Assembly: GCA_002104905.1 (NCBI GenBank)
Contig: MCFE01000256.1
Span: 48,680 to 112,679 of the forward strand
DNA from: Basidiobolus meristosporus CBS 931.73
Lineage: Eukaryota; Fungi; Basidiobolomycota
Length of the DNA: 64,000 nt
Reading direction: 5' to 3'
Shown here: positions 59,737 to 64,000 of the stretch, in pieces
Layout of the letters: every line of letters starts with the position of its first letter
Numbering within the stretch: position 1 is the first letter of the stretch
Notes under the pieces: model-generated
The model's database searches: none
What the model saw: the letters and a program-made list of their open reading frames with translations, nothing else
What the model was told of the DNA's origin: nothing
Made by a program: the position numbers and the translations under genes

Positions 59737-62700
59737 TGTGGTGGTGTATAAGTCCAAGGGAGAGATACGTCCAACACTTCTCAAGTGTTTTGTGTGTGGG
59801 GTGTTCACTGGGTGCAATAACCTCTGGCAAAAGCTTGCTAGGAATACTTGGGTTCTGTCTCTAATCTAATGTGAAGGGGAATAAAGCCACAAGCTTGTCA
59901 AGGGAAAACTATTGAGCTACAATCCCCAACTTAGTTGGCGTCTTAACAAAAGTATGTGCTGGGTTCAGCGTCATTTGAGATGACAATGTACTAAAGCTTC
60001 CAAAGTCAAAACAACTGTAAACTCCGCCAGCAGGGACTTGATAAGAATGCAGCTTTGGTCAATAGTTACAAAGACAGAAAAGTATCTTTGCCTGTACAAG
60101 AACAAACTTGGGAAAGAATCAAATATAATAAAAGATACCTACTCTGAGTATTCCTCACAAGTAGTGCCTCCAAGGTCAGTTGGCTGTCAGCGCGGTTTCC
60201 TGGGAGTGTCCTGTGGTCTAGGGTTGGAAGTTCAGGTAGCAGCAGGTAGCAGTGATCACACTAATCAACAAGTCGGTATATTGATAAAAGGGATGATGAT
60301 TTATTGTTGAGGGATAGCCTCCCTTATATACTTTTCTTACTGGCTAAGTGATTACTAATCATGGTGTTCCAGAAGGTTCCGGATATCAATAGAAATCTTA
60401 ATGACATCAGAATGACCTAAGAATGTTCTAAGTAGGTGCCGGAAGGTTCTAAGAGGCACAGCACATCCAACCAATCAGGAATCAGTATTCTGAAACCTGT
60501 GTAACATGGGGATACCATATACGGTATGGAAATGGTAGGGATGGTGACACGGGCTGATCATGTGTCACGGGTACTGGCGCGGGTACTTGCCTAATTTAGA
60601 AGTACTTATAGCTAGTAATCTTACATAAAGTGAGGGGTAACTTATGCAATAAGGTAAGCAGGTGTGATAGTCAACCGGCTTATGGGATAGTACTGATTGG
60701 GTAAGACAAATGGGATAAAACTAAAATAAGTGTAGTAGAGATATAGGGAAGTAGAAAATAAGGGAATGAGCACATCTGTCAGTGGGTGTCACTGTCACCC
60801 CACTACATCCACCCCCCTCTCAGCTTTGAACTTGGGTCAAAGCAAACTAATCTTGATGTGCAAAATTCCTATGCTTGAATAACTTAAGTCAATTTCCAGC
60901 AACTGGTGCTCTCAACTGGGTGTTGTCAAGCTCAGATATGTAATAACTTCCATTTCCAATCACTTTGGAAATGAGGTAGGGGCCAGTCCATTTGTTGTCA
61001 AACCTCCGACTCCATTGCTTGTCCAAGGTAGAATCATAGAGTAATACTGGGTCTCCTAGTGATAGTGGTTTTGGCCTTGTTGGGTGTGATTTGTCAAAGG
61101 GCACCTTGTTCTTTAGTCGTGTGTCCTTAAGTTGTTCAGCAGCTCTGCTAATATTCACATCATGGTGATCAAGTTGCTGTATGCAAGTTGCAAGGAGGTC
61201 TTCAGTCTGCATGTTGGATCTCCAATTCAATGAGTTCCAAGTGACTGTGTTTAACTCAACTGGTAGTATGCAGTCATGTCCATAGAGTAGCTTGAATGGC
61301 AATAATCCAGTTGTTCTCTTGGTAGTAATTCTATCTGCCCAGAGTGCTAGATGTAATTGCTGTGGCCACAGTGTTGTGTTATTCTCACAAGTCTTGACAA
61401 GAGAGTTCACCAATGGTCCATGTCCTCTCTCTATCATTCCATTGGCTTGAGAGTGGTAAGCTGTTGTAAAAGCAATATGTATCTTGTACTTTGAGCACAA
61501 CTCCTGGATCATTTGGGATGTCATCTCTCCTCTGTCAGCAACAAACTGCCGGATGCAGCCAAATCTGCAGATGATGTCTTCAAGTATAAATCTCCATATG
61601 GTATGGCTCTTGTTGTTGGGCAAGGCTTGAGCCTCTGCCCATCCACTAAGGTCATCTCTAGCAACAATCAGGTACTTTTTTGATCCAGCTGTTGGCATGT
61701 GGACAAGGTCAATGCCAACCTTTTGCCATAGACAGATTGTGTAAGTAGGATGCAGTGGTTCTTCATAATGCTTGGAGGATCTCTTCTAGCAGGCTACACA
61801 TGACTCAACAAAGTGTTGGATATCATAGTACATGTTTTCCCAGTAGTACCTCTGAGCTGTAGTATTGTATGTGGCTTCTTGTCCTCTATGTCCTCCTGGT
61901 TCTCCTTGGTGGATACTTGTCATGATGTTCAGTTGCTCTTGAGGGGTAGTGACTACTCTTCTTGGCATAAGTCCAGGTTTCACTCGCTTAAAGAGAAGAT
62001 CATCTTTAAGATAGTAGTGGTGTGCCTTCTTCCTGAGTTTTCTAAACTCCTGAATATCCATCCAACTAGGTTTCTTAAGTGTCCTTAGATATTCCTTGAT
62101 CAGACTCCAGGTAGTTCTCTCTTGGTCTTTGATGGCAATCTGTCGGATCTCTGCATCAATAATATCATCAAAGTGAGGGTCCAAGTCTTCAAATAATTGT
62201 GGTCCCTTCCTGGAGAGTGCATCAGCCACAACATTTGTCTTGCCAGGGATATGTTTGACCTCAAAGTCAAACATTTTCAGCCATGCCATCCATCGGTTTG
62301 TGGCATCATCAGGTAGGTCAGGCTTGTTGATCATTCCTATAAGTGGCTTGGCATCTGTCTCCAGGATAAAATGTGTCATGTAGAGTTGTGACTTCAGTTT
62401 CCTCAGCATCTTCACAACTCCTAGTAGTTCTCTCTTAATCTGTGAGTATCTTTGTTCTCTAGGAGAGAATAGGCAGCTCTCATATCTGCAGGCATAGCGG
62501 TTGCCATCTTCATCATCTTGTCCAAGTAGTGCTCCAGCTCCTATAGGGCTTGCATCCACTGTCAAAATAGGTGGGCATTCAGTGTTTTGATAGTCAAGAG
62601 GTCTTAGAACTGGTGGAGATACTAAGGCCTCTTTCAGTAATTGCATGGCTTCTTCTTGCTCTTCTCCCCAGATAAATGGGGTATTCTTTCTCTGTAGTCG

Positions 62701-64000
62701 GTAGATTGGTTCTGCTATCTCAGAAAATCTTGGGATCCAGATCCTAAAGAACCCACAAGCTGCCACAAAGCCACAAGCTTGTGTTAGATTTGTGGGGGTA
62801 GGCCAGTTGCATATCTTTTGTGTCTTGGAATCTCCAGGTGAGCGACCAAAGGTATTGCATTTTTGTCCAACAATGGATATCTCTGATACACCAAAGCTGC
62901 TTTTCTCACCACTGATGGTGAGTCCAGCTTCTTCAATGGCTCCTAATATGGCATCATTGTCTGAAATATGATCATAGACAAACTTTCTGACTCCAGGCAT
63001 GACTTCAGTGGTGTCCCGGGTTTTTGGTCCTTTGATGCCTATGTCATCAACAAAGACAGCAAGTTTCTCAGGTATAAACTGATACAGCACATTTACCATG
63101 CATCTCTGGAACTGAGCCACGGAGTTTGTAGCCCCTTGACTGAGTCTTGTCATCCTTAACAGTCCAAATGGTGTCTGTAGTGCAAACATATCTCTTGATG
63201 TCTCATCAAGGGGAATCTGGTCATATCCTGAGTAGAGATCATATGTTGAGTAGATGGAGTGGCCACTAAAGCTTTCTGCAAAGTCATCAATAGATGGAGG
63301 TATAGCAGCATCTCTGATAGTGACAGCATTTGCAGGTTGCATGTCTTGAATGAATCGGAGCTTTCCATTCTTCTTTTTGGTCACAAACCATCTGTTAGCA
63401 TAGGGTCCATGGCAAGGTTCTAGGATACCAGCTTCTATCTTCTTCTTAAGTAGGTCATGCACATCAGCTTGGAGTCCTCTGGGCAGTGGGTAAGGCTTAA
63501 ATGACCAGGGTGTGTGGGGCACTGTATGAATCTTGATGGGTTTTTCAACCGATGTCTTTAAGAGTCCCATCTCCTTGTCATTATATGAGAAGACCTTATC
63601 ATGCCTTTTCAAGGTCTCCTTGAATAATAGTATCTCCTCTGGTGTTAGGTTTCCATCACCAATGATAAGTTGCTTAAGTCTCTCAGGTGTAAGTCGTATA
63701 TCATCTGATGTTTCTTCTGGTGGTCTAATGTAATCAGCAGGTCGAGATCCATCAGTCAGTGGGGTAAGTGATGGTCTAATCTTCTGTTCTACTGTCTTGT
63801 ATTTTGTTCGAACCATAGCTGTTTGCTCCTGTATACCTAATGAGCAGCTCCAAATGTTGGGGTGTATATTGTCAGGCTCTTCATCTTCTTCCATAACAAG
63901 ATGTGTCTTCTGGCAAGCAGTATGTGTCCTCTTATTGTTGGGTGTTACACCACAGAAGGTTGACTGTAGTCCTGGATTGGATCCTTGTATGGTGTACCAT
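59737..64000 (-). mobile_element. Ty3/gypsy LTR retrotransposon (3' part; continues beyond the window)
   Basis: 1,071-bp 3' LTR at 59737-60807 (TGTGGTGG..CCACTACA), PPT at 60808-60821, and pol in RT-RNase H-integrase order. Confidence 0.95.
60889..64000 (-). pseudogene. Gypsy pol (RT, RNase H, integrase) with two in-frame nonsense codons
   Basis: RT (DLYSGYDQI, FVDDIGI), RNase H (TVDASPIG, ADALSR), integrase HHCC and core (ARDDLSGWAEA, WTGPY). ORFs 61786 and 60889 share a frame and are split by one TAG; GN*LKLF looks like GNRLKLF with CGA>TGA. Confidence 0.92.

Noticed and set aside
1-64000. tRNA, rRNA and CRISPR arrays
   Set aside because: A by-eye check of GTTCGA-type T-loop hits found no cloverleaf context, and I saw no rRNA-like or repeat-spacer structure. 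tRNAscan-SE or Infernal would be needed to exclude small RNAs.

Overview
Eukaryotic DNA, most consistent with an early-diverging (non-Dikarya) fungus. The evidence is short spliceosomal introns, a fungal Nha1-type Na+/H+ antiporter, a division-1 chitin synthase, a Crz1-like C2H2 factor and a gamma-secretase PEN-2 gene, a complex absent from Dikarya. Other host genes are a ~2,170-aa unknown helical protein and a ~1,750-aa ankyrin/coiled-coil protein. One Ty1/copia family with ~350-bp LTRs and a half-tRNA(iMet) primer site dominates the repeats: one decayed full copy, one intact very young copy, several solo LTRs and a three-deep nest of copies. A Ty3/gypsy element is inserted into the innermost nested copy and runs off the window end. 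Retroelements show strong CpG decay. The most unusual segment is a ~0.8-kb compositionally alien island (about 39.74-40.56 kb) with an intronless ribbon-only TFIIS/RPA12-like gene head-to-head with a uracil-DNA-glycosylase-like remnant, a candidate relic of an endogenised large DNA virus. The PEN-2 gene is missed by the ORF track and cannot be spliced with a canonical GT-AG first intron. All family assignments are by-eye motif recognition; no searches were run.
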